This document shows positions 18,107 through 26,493 of a stretch of DNA of 33,230 nucleotides, one piece after another (positions within the stretch are counted from its first letter, which is position 1; each line of letters starts with the position of its first letter). The notes under the pieces are model-generated. The model was not told the origin of the DNA. It saw only the letters and a program-made list of their open reading frames with translations, and did not search any database. The position numbers and the translations under genes are program-made. Origin of the DNA: a virus (lineage: Duplodnaviria; Caudoviricetes); IMG/VR virus record IMGVR_UViG_3300033485_000056, positions 1 through 33,230 of that record. One strand, written 5' to 3'.

Positions 18107-18169
18107 ATGAAACAAAAATTACAACAGCTTGAAAATTGGTTCGCTGAAATAGCGGAAAGGATTTTTTGA
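18107..18169 (+). CDS. Small peptide (20 aa, MKQKLQQLENWFAEIAERIF)
   Basis: Strong GGAGGTG SD; TGATG coupling to next gene. Confidence 0.6.
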   Translation: MKQKLQQLENWFAEIAERIF

Positions 18170-18450
18170 TGAAAGTATCAGAAGCAAAAGAAAAAGTTTG
18201 TCCGTTTATGAGTGACGATACTTTACGAAATTGTATTTGTGAACCATGTATGTTTTGGGTCAATACAGTTAAGGGGAAGAAAGAAGTTTCAAGAAAAAAG
18301 ATTCCATATGATATTTACCCAATGGAAGAAGGAAGATTGCGAAGTAGCCTTGAAAAAGATGGATATATAGCAGTTAAGCTAGATGGTGAGTTTAGAGATA
18401 CATATATTAAGTATGAAGAATCACACGAAGGCTACTGTGCAAGGATATGA
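18169..18450 (+). CDS. Hypothetical Cys-containing protein
   Basis: EAKEKVCPF...CICEPCMFW...GYC. Confidence 0.6.
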   Translation: MKVSEAKEKVCPFMSDDTLRNCICEPCMFWVNTVKGKKEVSRKKIPYDIYPMEEGRLRSSLEKDGYIAVKLDGEFRDTYIKYEESHEGYCARI

Positions 18451-18704
18451 CAATGAAAACAAAAACATTATCACAGTTCTTATGCGACTATTTCAAAGAC
18501 AGCGATCAAATACTAGTCAATGCTAAATGGCTTCAAAAAAGAATCACAGAAGCGGTAAACACTGAAAGAGTAATGCAGTCAAAAATACGTGAGCTTGAAT
18601 TACAAAATCAGCGTTTCGCTATCAAAATTGAGTCTTTAAAAGCTGAACACATGATAAGCGAACTTGAAAGCAAAGCTATCTATAAACTAGATGTAAAGGC
18701 GTAA
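18447..18704 (+). CDS. Hypothetical coiled-coil protein
   Basis: ATGA coupling, AAGGA SD. Confidence 0.6.
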   Translation: MTMKTKTLSQFLCDYFKDSDQILVNAKWLQKRITEAVNTERVMQSKIRELELQNQRFAIKIESLKAEHMISELESKAIYKLDVKA

Positions 18705-18705
18705 C

Positions 18706-18789
18706 ATGAACATCGAAAACACAATAGCTGGTGCGGTGATCGTAGTTATCGCTTTGATTTATATTTACACATACTTGGAGGGTGAATGA
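18706..18789 (+). CDS. Small membrane peptide (27 aa, MNIENTIAGAVIVVIALIYIYTYLEGE)
   Basis: Fills the gap between genes, single TM, coupled to next ORF. Confidence 0.55.
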   Translation: MNIENTIAGAVIVVIALIYIYTYLEGE

Positions 18790-19166
18790 TGAACGAGAAA
18801 CAGATGGTAGAAATGCAAAAGCATATTGAGGCGTTACGAAAAGAAAAAGAAATTTTAGCAAACCTATGGGCTATTAGTGAATTACAAAAAGATAAAAAGG
18901 CAAAACAGTTCCGCATAGCAATCGGTAGTTTCGTAATCGTCATAACTTTTTTAGGCGTTTGGATTTATTCGCTGTATTACGCAAACGGTCTTTTAGCAAC
19001 GGATAACCAAACGAAAGAGAATTGGAAGCGGTCAGCAGTTCATCTATTGAAAATAAATGAAGATTTACGAATGGAAAATATGTATATCAAAGATGGAATG
19101 GAAGAAGCTATAAAAACTGGCTTCATTCAGAAAATGCCACCACCGATGGTAAAAAATGACAAGTAA
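18786..19166 (+). CDS. Hypothetical membrane protein
   Basis: One central TM segment. Confidence 0.6.
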   Translation: MMNEKQMVEMQKHIEALRKEKEILANLWAISELQKDKKAKQFRIAIGSFVIVITFLGVWIYSLYYANGLLATDNQTKENWKRSAVHLLKINEDLRMENMYIKDGMEEAIKTGFIQKMPPPMVKNDK

Positions 19167-19341
19167 AGAAATCGACTCACTATTTGAAAGTGTAAAGATC
19201 GACAGCGGTTTTGATATGAGATTAATAGTCGGAAGATTTACACAAGGCTATGCAATTCCAAAAAAGATAAAAGACCTCTTGGAAGATGCCATAGCGGAAG
19301 CGTACATATTGGGCGCAAAAAGTAAGACAAATTTTAAATAA
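19156..19341 (+). CDS. Hypothetical protein
   Basis: 61-aa overlapping ORF in operon. Confidence 0.5.
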   Translation: MTSKEIDSLFESVKIDSGFDMRLIVGRFTQGYAIPKKIKDLLEDAIAEAYILGAKSKTNFK

Positions 19342-19355
19342 ATTAAGGGGATAAA

Positions 19356-19679
19356 ATGAAAGAATACTTTTGGACTATTATAGGAGTAGTTGGGTTTATA
19401 GTTATTATATCGGCAGTATCGCTAGGTATTAAATACTTTGGGCAACCAATGAGTCGTCATATCGACCAAAAAACATTTATGGAATCTCAACAATATGTTG
19501 ATGGTTCGGTACGTGACCTATCTCGTTATCAGATAGAATATCAAAAAGGAGACCCCCAAGCAAAGGCTATGATTAAATCGACGGTGCAACATCAGTTTGC
19601 TAACTTCTCAATGGAAAAAGTGCCTACGCATTTAATGCCATTTTATAGCTCAATGATGAGCGCAGGAGATTTACAATGA
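19356..19679 (+). CDS. Hypothetical membrane-anchored protein
   Basis: N-terminal TM helix, AAGGGG SD. Confidence 0.65.
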   Translation: MKEYFWTIIGVVGFIVIISAVSLGIKYFGQPMSRHIDQKTFMESQQYVDGSVRDLSRYQIEYQKGDPQAKAMIKSTVQHQFANFSMEKVPTHLMPFYSSMMSAGDLQ

Positions 19680-20169
19680 AAAAGGTTTATTTTTTATGAT
19701 GGCTTTGGCTTTATCTGTTATTTTTGCAGGGTGTGAAGTAGAAGAAAGTGGAGAGGAATTACAAGCACGACAACAAAAAGAGAAGACTAAAATTGCGGTT
19801 CAATCTACTGGTATGCCGTCGATTGTCAATTTTACTGAGAAAAAGAACATGAAGATGATATTAGAAATGCGTGATAACCAAGGGCTACGAACATACACAT
19901 ATATGCGTGATATGAATGGTAACCTCCATAAACTTTGTGATTCCATTGGTTATCCTTTACCTTATGCCACTCAATACACGAACCCTCAACAGCTTCATAC
20001 GTCACAATATGGTAACGTTTCGTACCCTATGGCAGACCCAAATGGTTTATATTCTCCATCGTCAGCAGAGGGAACGTATGTAATGTGCCTCAATCCTGAA
20101 TCAAAAGCAATAACCCCAGTTTATGTAGAAGAACGGTTGATAACAAGCACATATAAGATGGGGGAATAA
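19676..20169 (+). CDS. Putative lipoprotein; apparent 1-nt frameshift between SD-supported ATG 19676 and main ORF 19696..20169
   Basis: Lipobox FAGC; CDSIGYPLPYATQYTNP...ADPNGLYSPSSAEGTYVMC. Confidence 0.65.
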
Positions 20170-20667
20170 ATGTTTAACAAAGTAATTCTAGTTGGTAATT
20201 TATCAAGAGATATCGAACTCAGATACTCTCAAAACGGTTCAGCAATAGCAAACACTGCAATCGCAACTTCAAGAAAATTCACCGTAAATGGTGAGAAAAA
20301 AGAGGAAACGTGTTTTATAGACATTACGTTTTTTGGTCGTAGCGGTGAAGTAGCGAATCAATACCTACGCAAAGGGTCAAAGATACTCGTAGAAGGTCGC
20401 CTAAGCTTTGAACAATGGGTTGATAAGACAAGCGGACAAAAGCGCTCTAAACACTCCGTTATCGTTGAAACGATGCAAATGCTGGATAGCAAAAACAATG
20501 GGGAAAATAATAGCGGTGGTTATGCTAATGGTGATGTACCAGTTGATTATACAGATCAGCAAGGTAATAACACTGGAAGTGGGTCATATCAAAAGCCATC
20601 GCCAGTACGTATTCCAGAAAATAATCTCCCTTAGATTGACATCGACGAATCAAATATCCCATTTTAA
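20170..20667 (+). CDS. ssb: Single-stranded DNA-binding protein; in-frame TAG at 20632-34 precedes the acidic tail IDIDESNIPF
   Basis: MFNKVILVGNLSRDIELRY...EETCFIDITFFGR..EVANQYL.KGSKILVEGRL. Confidence 0.92.
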
Positions 20668-20676
20668 AGGACAAAA

Positions 20677-20868
20677 ATGAACGAATACACCCCCCCTGAA
20701 CTTATCAAAGATTTAGGGATGAAATTAACGGCAAACACTTTAAAAAAGAAGCGTTTCGGACTTTATAAATGCTTTTGCGGTGAAGTGTTCGAGGCGTACA
20801 CCAATAACGTAGCAATCGGTGGCACTAAGTCATGCGGATGTTTACGGAAGAATCGTGGTAAAAAATGA
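20677..20868 (+). CDS. Small Zn-binding protein (CxCG...SCGC module seen at the N-terminus of HNH/AP2 endonucleases)
   Basis: YKCFCGEVF...TKSCGCL. Confidence 0.55.
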   Translation: MNEYTPPELIKDLGMKLTANTLKKKRFGLYKCFCGEVFEAYTNNVAIGGTKSCGCLRKNRGKK

Positions 20869-21110
20869 TTGATACAATAAAAGATTTTTGGGTAAATATG
20901 CTTTTATTGGCAGAGTTTAGCGCAATACGCTTATTTATTAATTATGTAATTATTCGGTTTATTATTGATCTGATAGCCTATAACATTGAAAAAATGTTTG
21001 GAGTTCCAACTATTTACCGATGGTATGACATGGTTATTACATTTAGTTTAATTTGGATGTATTTATATAACATTCAATATTTATTAGACGTAATAAAATC
21101 GAGATTGTAA
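20865..21110 (+). CDS. Hypothetical membrane protein
   Basis: Two hydrophobic segments, AT-rich, coupled on both sides. Confidence 0.55.
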   Translation: MIDTIKDFWVNMLLLAEFSAIRLFINYVIIRFIIDLIAYNIEKMFGVPTIYRWYDMVITFSLIWMYLYNIQYLLDVIKSRL

Positions 21111-21490
21111 TGACTCGTATATTTATCCCTATTGCCCCTATGGCTGCGCCACGCCCAAGGGTAACACGTAACGGAACATATAACGACCCAAAGTACACTA
21201 ATTATAAAAAAGCTATTGCGCTAATGGCTCAACATAAATTTGGCGTATCAGAAAAGCCTATTTATATGAAGCTTGAATTTTTCTTTGCTATTCCTAAATC
21301 ATGGAGTAAAGCAAAAAAAGAAAGTGCTAAATGGCACGTATTTAAGCCAGACAGTGATAATTTAGCAAAAGGAATCAAAGATTCGCTAAACGGTATAGCT
21401 TATGTGGATGATGCACAGGTATGTTTTTTGCAAGTACGTAAACAATACGCACAAACCGATGGTATTCTAATCGAGATTGAGGAACTATGA
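21110..21490 (+). CDS. rusA: RusA-family Holliday junction resolvase
   Basis: PMAAPRPR, IPKSWSK, KPDSDNLAKGIKDSLNGIAYVDDAQV. Confidence 0.92.
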   Translation: MTRIFIPIAPMAAPRPRVTRNGTYNDPKYTNYKKAIALMAQHKFGVSEKPIYMKLEFFFAIPKSWSKAKKESAKWHVFKPDSDNLAKGIKDSLNGIAYVDDAQVCFLQVRKQYAQTDGILIEIEEL

Positions 21491-21669
21491 AACAATGCGC
21501 CAAATGCACAGAAACTAAGCCACAAAGCGAATTCCCAAAGCTAGGCGATAAACTACGTGCGGAATGTAAAAGTTGCTACTACGCCGCTAAAAACGCTAGA
21601 CGAAGAAAGCCAAGTAAACAAGAGCGTATCGAAAGAATACGTGTGGCGATAAATAGCATTAAAGTGTAA
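21487..21669 (+). CDS. Small Zn-finger protein
   Basis: CAKC...KP.SEF...CKSC. Confidence 0.6.
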   Translation: MKQCAKCTETKPQSEFPKLGDKLRAECKSCYYAAKNARRRKPSKQERIERIRVAINSIKV

Positions 21670-21708
21670 AACTATTTTATACTTAATTAAGCTAAACAAT
21701 GTTACTAT
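21667..21708 (+). promoter_or_regulatory. Repeated early promoter/operator, copy 3
   Basis: TAAAA-N3-TTTTATACTTAATTAAGCT then TG-n-TACTAT (21700-08). Confidence 0.8.
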
Positions 21709-21736
21709 TTTAAAATATCAAAAAGAGGTGGATTAG

Positions 21737-21916
21737 ATGAGACAACAAGGAAAAAGTTTACTACAATATCATTTAGTAGTATTTAACATTGACCAAGAAA
21801 TGATTGGTAACCCAAACGCTAGAAAACTATGGCAACATATTTGTATTGAAGCTGAAAGCAATAATTCTTTTAAAGAAAAAGTTATCAGCTATGCAGTCTG
21901 TATCATCAATCGTTAA
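21737..21916 (+). CDS. Hypothetical protein (59 aa, MRQQGKSLLQYHLV...)
   Basis: GAGGTG SD; first ORF after promoter copy 3; missed by 60-aa cutoff. Confidence 0.55.
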   Translation: MRQQGKSLLQYHLVVFNIDQEMIGNPNARKLWQHICIEAESNNSFKEKVISYAVCIINR

Positions 21917-22235
21917 AATTATGCTCCAAGAGTGCAAAAAGCATAATAAGATAGTGGATGATATAGAGGCTATCAAAATGGATGTATGGGATGAATTAGC
22001 TACACTATACAAAGATGAGGAGATAGTCGCAAACGTGCCGACAATGATAGAAACTCTATTTTATAATGAGTATGATTGGCTATCAAAGATTAAGAACCTA
22101 GAGAGCAATATTACACGAATGGCTTTTTTAGCTATTGAAGATGATGTTAAGCCTAAAGTAACACGGATAGTAACCGATCAATACAACGATATTCTATCCA
22201 AGCACGTATATAGATATTTAAAGGAGAGCGTATGA
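21804..22235 (+). CDS. Hypothetical protein; start uncertain (ATG 21891 or 21921 more likely)
   Basis: Long ORF coupled to next gene; 5' part overlaps 21737..21916. Confidence 0.5.
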   Translation: MVTQTLENYGNIFVLKLKAIILLKKKLSAMQSVSSIVKIMLQECKKHNKIVDDIEAIKMDVWDELATLYKDEEIVANVPTMIETLFYNEYDWLSKIKNLESNITRMAFLAIEDDVKPKVTRIVTDQYNDILSKHVYRYLKESV

Positions 22236-22468
22236 TGCAAGGCGAATTAGAACTAGATAGATGGTACATCACTAGGCTTGAAGCACGTGTTGAAGAACTT
22301 TTTTTAATCATAAAAGGCAAAGACGTAATCATAGAGTCAATGGCGCAAAAAGATTGTTTAGGTTGTAAATATCTATCATCAACAAAAGAAAAAGATAAAA
22401 AAGAATTTTGCTATAAATGTTCTATTTTTTGGGATAGCAACTATACTAAACGTGATTCAAGATGTTAA
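22232..22468 (+). CDS. Hypothetical protein with two CxxC motifs
   Basis: CLGC...CYKC; AAGGAG SD. Confidence 0.6.
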   Translation: MMQGELELDRWYITRLEARVEELFLIIKGKDVIIESMAQKDCLGCKYLSSTKEKDKKEFCYKCSIFWDSNYTKRDSRC

Positions 22469-22788
22469 GTAAAGCTGAACAACTCAAACGCCATGCGCCA
22501 CTAAAGCAAAAGCCGTTTGTTGATAAAAAGTATCTCGCATACTTACATAGTCAGCCTCAAAAATGTTTCGTGTGTGGCGGTAGTAATAAAATTGAACTCC
22601 ATCACATAAAACTCACATCAAGCGATTTAAAGGATGATAGGCTCGTGATTTGTTTGTGTGGTGAAGAACATCACCGAAACGGAGAACTAAGCCCTCACGG
22701 TAACCCTAAGCGATGGAGAGAAACATATCCTATCGAAGTACAAAGAGAATACGCACAAAAACTTTACAACGAATATAAAGGGGAATAG
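22462..22788 (+). CDS. HNH-like (DUF968/Ref-like) nuclease
   Basis: KKYLAYL...CFVCG...ELHH...ICLC..HH. Confidence 0.65.
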   Translation: MLSKAEQLKRHAPLKQKPFVDKKYLAYLHSQPQKCFVCGGSNKIELHHIKLTSSDLKDDRLVICLCGEEHHRNGELSPHGNPKRWRETYPIEVQREYAQKLYNEYKGE

Positions 22789-23040
22789 ATGAACGGTGAA
22801 ATTACATATACATTTTCAAGGGCATTATATTTAATGCGCTATGGTGGTAAGAAAATGAGTCCAGTTAGTAAAAATTTTGTAGATGATTGGGTTTATTTTG
22901 TAGATGGTGATGTTTTATTTGTCATAACTGGAAAATATCCACATAAAAATAGTATGGTAGATATTGTTAATGTTGCTGAATGTATGGACTCCGATGACAT
23001 AATGGGATCATGGGTAGAGGTGCAAGATGAAAAGCATTAA
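22789..23040 (+). CDS. DUF2829/Tad2-like small protein (tentative)
   Basis: TFSRAL.LM..GKKM...DDIMGSWVEV resembles the F..AL..LK.GKKV...D..A.DW..V frame. Confidence 0.4.
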   Translation: MNGEITYTFSRALYLMRYGGKKMSPVSKNFVDDWVYFVDGDVLFVITGKYPHKNSMVDIVNVAECMDSDDIMGSWVEVQDEKH

Positions 23041-23284
23041 CTACCTATATGAAATGCAAAGTATGCGCCATATATTCACAGAAGATGAGTTAGTAACAAT
23101 TACAAAATATATCAACACACACATTGAAAGAGCCGAACATTTAATCCGCTCAGGATCAATGAACACAGCTATGGAAGTATCGAAGCGTGATGGTTCTAAT
23201 ATATTTGTAGCGCAAGGGGTTATCGTCAATAAAAGATTAGCCGCCGTTGATTTTTGGATTCAAAAAAAGGAAGAGATACAATGA
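23027..23284 (+). CDS. Hypothetical protein
   Basis: GAGGTG SD, operon packing. Confidence 0.55.
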   Translation: MKSINYLYEMQSMRHIFTEDELVTITKYINTHIERAEHLIRSGSMNTAMEVSKRDGSNIFVAQGVIVNKRLAAVDFWIQKKEEIQ

Positions 23285-23973
23285 CTTATGACAGCTATAA
23301 ATCAGACATGAAACGATTTAAACAAGTTCCAATGTCAGAAGAACAATTTAATCTTATGATGAATATCGGAGAGGAACGAATAGAGCCTCTAGTAATTACA
23401 CCAAAGAATCAACAAAAGCCGATGAAGCCTACAATCGAAAATCACGATAAAGTAAAGCCTATAATCAAGCGCATCCGATTATCAAGAGCTAAAGAAAACC
23501 CACAGCCAAAAAAGAATAACGGTACTGATTTAAGCGGATTAAGTGCCGAACAAAAAAGAGCTTATCACAATGATAGAGCATTAAAGAAGTATCATGCAAA
23601 TAAAAGCCCAAATGTAAGGGTAAAAATGAGCGAAGAAGAACGAAAGAAAAAGCGTTATGAGTACGAAAAATCAAGACGTGAGAAAATGAAAGCCGAAGGG
23701 ACATGGTATCGCAAACCACCTACGGAAGAACAAAAGCAAAAAGTAAAAGACTATAAAACAATGAAGAGAAGGGAGCAAGGAATACTGCCACGCACTAAAA
23801 TGGGCGATGAAGAAAAAAGACTAATGGTCATTGAAAGCAACAAAAGATGGAGAGCAAAGTGTAAGACAGAAGGGAAGAAACGAGTTTTAACCGATGAACA
23901 GCGTGAAAGATATAACGCCAATTATAGAGCGAAAGCTAAATTAAAAAAGGAATTAAAAAATGCTACAGTATGA
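23281..23973 (+). CDS. Highly basic repeat-containing protein, probably nucleic-acid binding
   Basis: ATGA coupling at 23281; repeated [ML/P][ST/G]xE[QE][KR] units. Confidence 0.6.
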   Translation: MTYDSYKSDMKRFKQVPMSEEQFNLMMNIGEERIEPLVITPKNQQKPMKPTIENHDKVKPIIKRIRLSRAKENPQPKKNNGTDLSGLSAEQKRAYHNDRALKKYHANKSPNVRVKMSEEERKKKRYEYEKSRREKMKAEGTWYRKPPTEEQKQKVKDYKTMKRREQGILPRTKMGDEEKRLMVIESNKRWRAKCKTEGKKRVLTDEQRERYNANYRAKAKLKKELKNATV

Positions 23974-24127
23974 AGAAATAGGGTATAACGAACTAAATAT
24001 GGAAAAAGCTTTAGCCGAGTATGGAGAAGAGATGGGTAAGTCAGCTATTATAGTAGCGACAAAGTATAATGTGCCGGCAATGGAACTTCATAAAGAGTAC
24101 GCCAAATTTATGGCGAAAAAATGTTAG
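23960..24127 (+). CDS. Hypothetical protein (55 aa, MLQYEEIGYNEL...)
   Basis: AAGGA SD; fills gap. Confidence 0.55.
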   Translation: MLQYEEIGYNELNMEKALAEYGEEMGKSAIIVATKYNVPAMELHKEYAKFMAKKC

Positions 24128-24151
24128 TTTTATATAAATAAATGCTATAAT
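24128..24151 (+). promoter_or_regulatory. Putative promoter of the packaging/late operon
   Basis: Extended -10 TGcTATAAT (24143-51) in an AT-rich gap. Confidence 0.6.
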
Positions 24152-24179
24152 ATAACACTCAAATCTAAGGAGTAGCGGA

Positions 24180-24398
24180 GTGGATATTGTCGATAAGTTC
24201 TATTTAGTATGTGAGCTGTTCGATGATGACCTATATGCTGTATCCTTGGAGCTAAAAAAGAATGGGGTAAAAGGCAGACCATCTAAGGTCATGAAAAATA
24301 TATCTAACTTATTTTTAGATAAATACACTATGCAGATAGACACTATGTATTTACAGAGGATAAATAATGAACCAACAATCACTACTCAACAAGATTGA
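24180..24398 (+). CDS. Hypothetical protein
   Basis: AAGGAG SD with GTG start. Confidence 0.5.
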   Translation: MDIVDKFYLVCELFDDDLYAVSLELKKNGVKGRPSKVMKNISNLFLDKYTMQIDTMYLQRINNEPTITTQQD

Positions 24399-24561
24399 AT
24401 ACTTAGAAGCTACAATACAGTCAATGCGTAACAATGCAATAGATGATGCTAGACTTATTCAAGAGCTTGACTTTAAGATAGCTAGACGTGATGTGATAAT
24501 CCGCTTCTTAGCTACTGGTAAAGCTGATGAAGTCGGTAAGCCTATTGTGAGTGAGTCATAA
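24367..24561 (+). CDS. Hypothetical coiled-coil protein
   Basis: GAGGA SD; coupled to terS. Confidence 0.55.
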   Translation: MNQQSLLNKIEYLEATIQSMRNNAIDDARLIQELDFKIARRDVIIRFLATGKADEVGKPIVSES

Positions 24562-25091
24562 TGGCACTCACTCAAAAACAAGAGAACTTCTGTTTGGCAT
24601 ACATCAAAACCGGTAATGCAAGTGAAGCATATCGTCAAGCATATAACGCTGAAAAGATGAAGCCAGATAGTATTACAGTAAACGCAAGTAAGCTATTATC
24701 AGACGCTAACATAGCACTAAGGATAAAAGAACTAGGCGCACCAGTAGTAGTAGCAGCGCAAGTATCAGCAAAACAAGTAATAGATGAATTAGCTAGGATA
24801 GCTTTTTTTGATGTAGGACAGCTCTATAACGACGATGGTACTCTTAAAGAAATGTCGCAATTAGGCAGTGAAATTACTCGTGCAATTCATTCTACTAAAC
24901 AACGTATCGAGAAACAAGGGCAAGATAAAGAAGATTGGGCAGAGATTAAAGAGATACGAACCCATGACAAACTAAAAGCATTAGAGCTATTAGGTAAGAC
25001 AATCGCACTATTTACTGATGTAAGCAAAACTGAGCTTAGCGGTGCAGTAGGTGTCACATTCCAAATAGACTTGGGCGATGAAAGTAATTAA
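24561..25091 (+). CDS. terS: Terminase small subunit
   Basis: LTQKQENFCLAY..TGNASEAYRQAY; DKLKALELLGK. Confidence 0.92.
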   Translation: MALTQKQENFCLAYIKTGNASEAYRQAYNAEKMKPDSITVNASKLLSDANIALRIKELGAPVVVAAQVSAKQVIDELARIAFFDVGQLYNDDGTLKEMSQLGSEITRAIHSTKQRIEKQGQDKEDWAEIKEIRTHDKLKALELLGKTIALFTDVSKTELSGAVGVTFQIDLGDESN

Positions 25092-26493
25092 ATACAAAGC
25101 GTCACCCACTGTTGCAAAGTATATTAAACAAAACGGCTTTGTATCGCTTATCGTTGGTCCTATTGGTTCAGGCAAAACCCTTGGCTCAATCATTAAGTGG
25201 CAAAAGTTAATACATGAACAACTACCTAGCGCTGATGGTATTAGATACACACGCACCGTTGTAGTGCGTAACACATACGCGGAGCTTAAAGATACCACGA
25301 TCAAGTCATTCGCTGGGTGGTTCGGTGATACGCTCAAATTCAATTGGGGTAACCTAACTGCCTCCTATCAGCATGGAGATATTAACGCCGAGATACTATT
25401 CAGATCACTAGATAAACCAGATGACATGAAGAAGCTACTTTCACTAGAGATTACCTACGCTTATCTAAATGAGCTACGTGAGTTACCTAGAGAGGCACTA
25501 GATAATGTTACGTCACGACTTGGGCGTTATCCTGCTATGTCAAGCGGTGTTGGTGCAACTAAACCACAAGCATGGGCAGATAGTAATGCCTGTGATAACG
25601 AGCATTGGATGTATAAGAAGTTCTTCGAGAATAGACCTGATAATCATCATGTATTTATTCAACCTGCTGCAATACTTGAAGATGGGGAGGTTAATCCATT
25701 AGCTGAAAACCTTGATAATCTACCGTATGAGTATTATCGAGGCTTTATCAAAGGCAAACCACAAGACTGGACAGATGTAATGATACGCTGTAAGTTCATA
25801 CCGCTATCTCATGGTAAGCCAGTGTATCCTGAGTACAATGATCGCTTTCACTGTGTAGAGCATAATAAGCTTGCACCACCTGATAAGTTATTGCCACTTG
25901 TAATAGGCGGAGATAACGGTAGAACCTCAGCCATACTCATAGGTCAAGTAGATAAGTTCGGGCGTTTGGTAGTGTTTGATGAGTTAATATCAGATGATAT
26001 TGGAAGTGCTGAGTTTGGAACTATTGTAGCCAATCATCTACTAGCAAACTATGATGGCTTTAAACATGAGATATATCTAGACCCTGCCGCCAACTCACGT
26101 ACACAGCTTGATGATCGTACGCAAGTAATGGTATGGCGCAATGCTGGTCTGTCAGTACGTACAGCTTCAACCAATAAGCCAAGTGTAGTCATTGAAGCTG
26201 TGAAGAAGAAGCTTAACACTATCATTCAAGGCTTTCCTTCTCTTGTAGTAAGTGATAAGTGTACGCATATACGTAAGGCTCTAGCTGGGTCATATCAATA
26301 CAAGCGTGTAAATGTAAGCGGTGAGCGTTACGCAGAAGCTCCTGATAAGAATAGCTATTCACACGTAGCAGATGCCTTAGCTTACTTGGTCGATGGCATA
26401 GGTGGTACACGTGAGCTTGTATCATCCTCTAAGTTCAAAGAAGCGTTTGATAATGGGTACAGTGCTAAAGCTAACGATTGGAGCGTGTTCTAA
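25078..26493 (+). CDS. terL: Terminase large subunit
   Basis: Walker A GPIGSGKT, VRNTYAEL, YLNE Walker B variant, RNase H-like D...DPA...SHVADAL. Confidence 0.92.
   Translation: MKVIKYKASPTVAKYIKQNGFVSLIVGPIGSGKTLGSIIKWQKLIHEQLPSADGIRYTRTVVVRNTYAELKDTTIKSFAGWFGDTLKFNWGNLTASYQHGDINAEILFRSLDKPDDMKKLLSLEITYAYLNELRELPREALDNVTSRLGRYPAMSSGVGATKPQAWADSNACDNEHWMYKKFFENRPDNHHVFIQPAAILEDGEVNPLAENLDNLPYEYYRGFIKGKPQDWTDVMIRCKFIPLSHGKPVYPEYNDRFHCVEHNKLAPPDKLLPLVIGGDNGRTSAILIGQVDKFGRLVVFDELISDDIGSAEFGTIVANHLLANYDGFKHEIYLDPAANSRTQLDDRTQVMVWRNAGLSVRTASTNKPSVVIEAVKKKLNTIIQGFPSLVVSDKCTHIRKALAGSYQYKRVNVSGERYAEAPDKNSYSHVADALAYLVDGIGGTRELVSSSKFKEAFDNGYSAKANDWSVF

Noticed and set aside
20408-20680. 90-aa +1-frame ORF overlapping ssb
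   Set aside because: Shadow ORF with TTG start and no SD; the ssb frame is clearly the real one.
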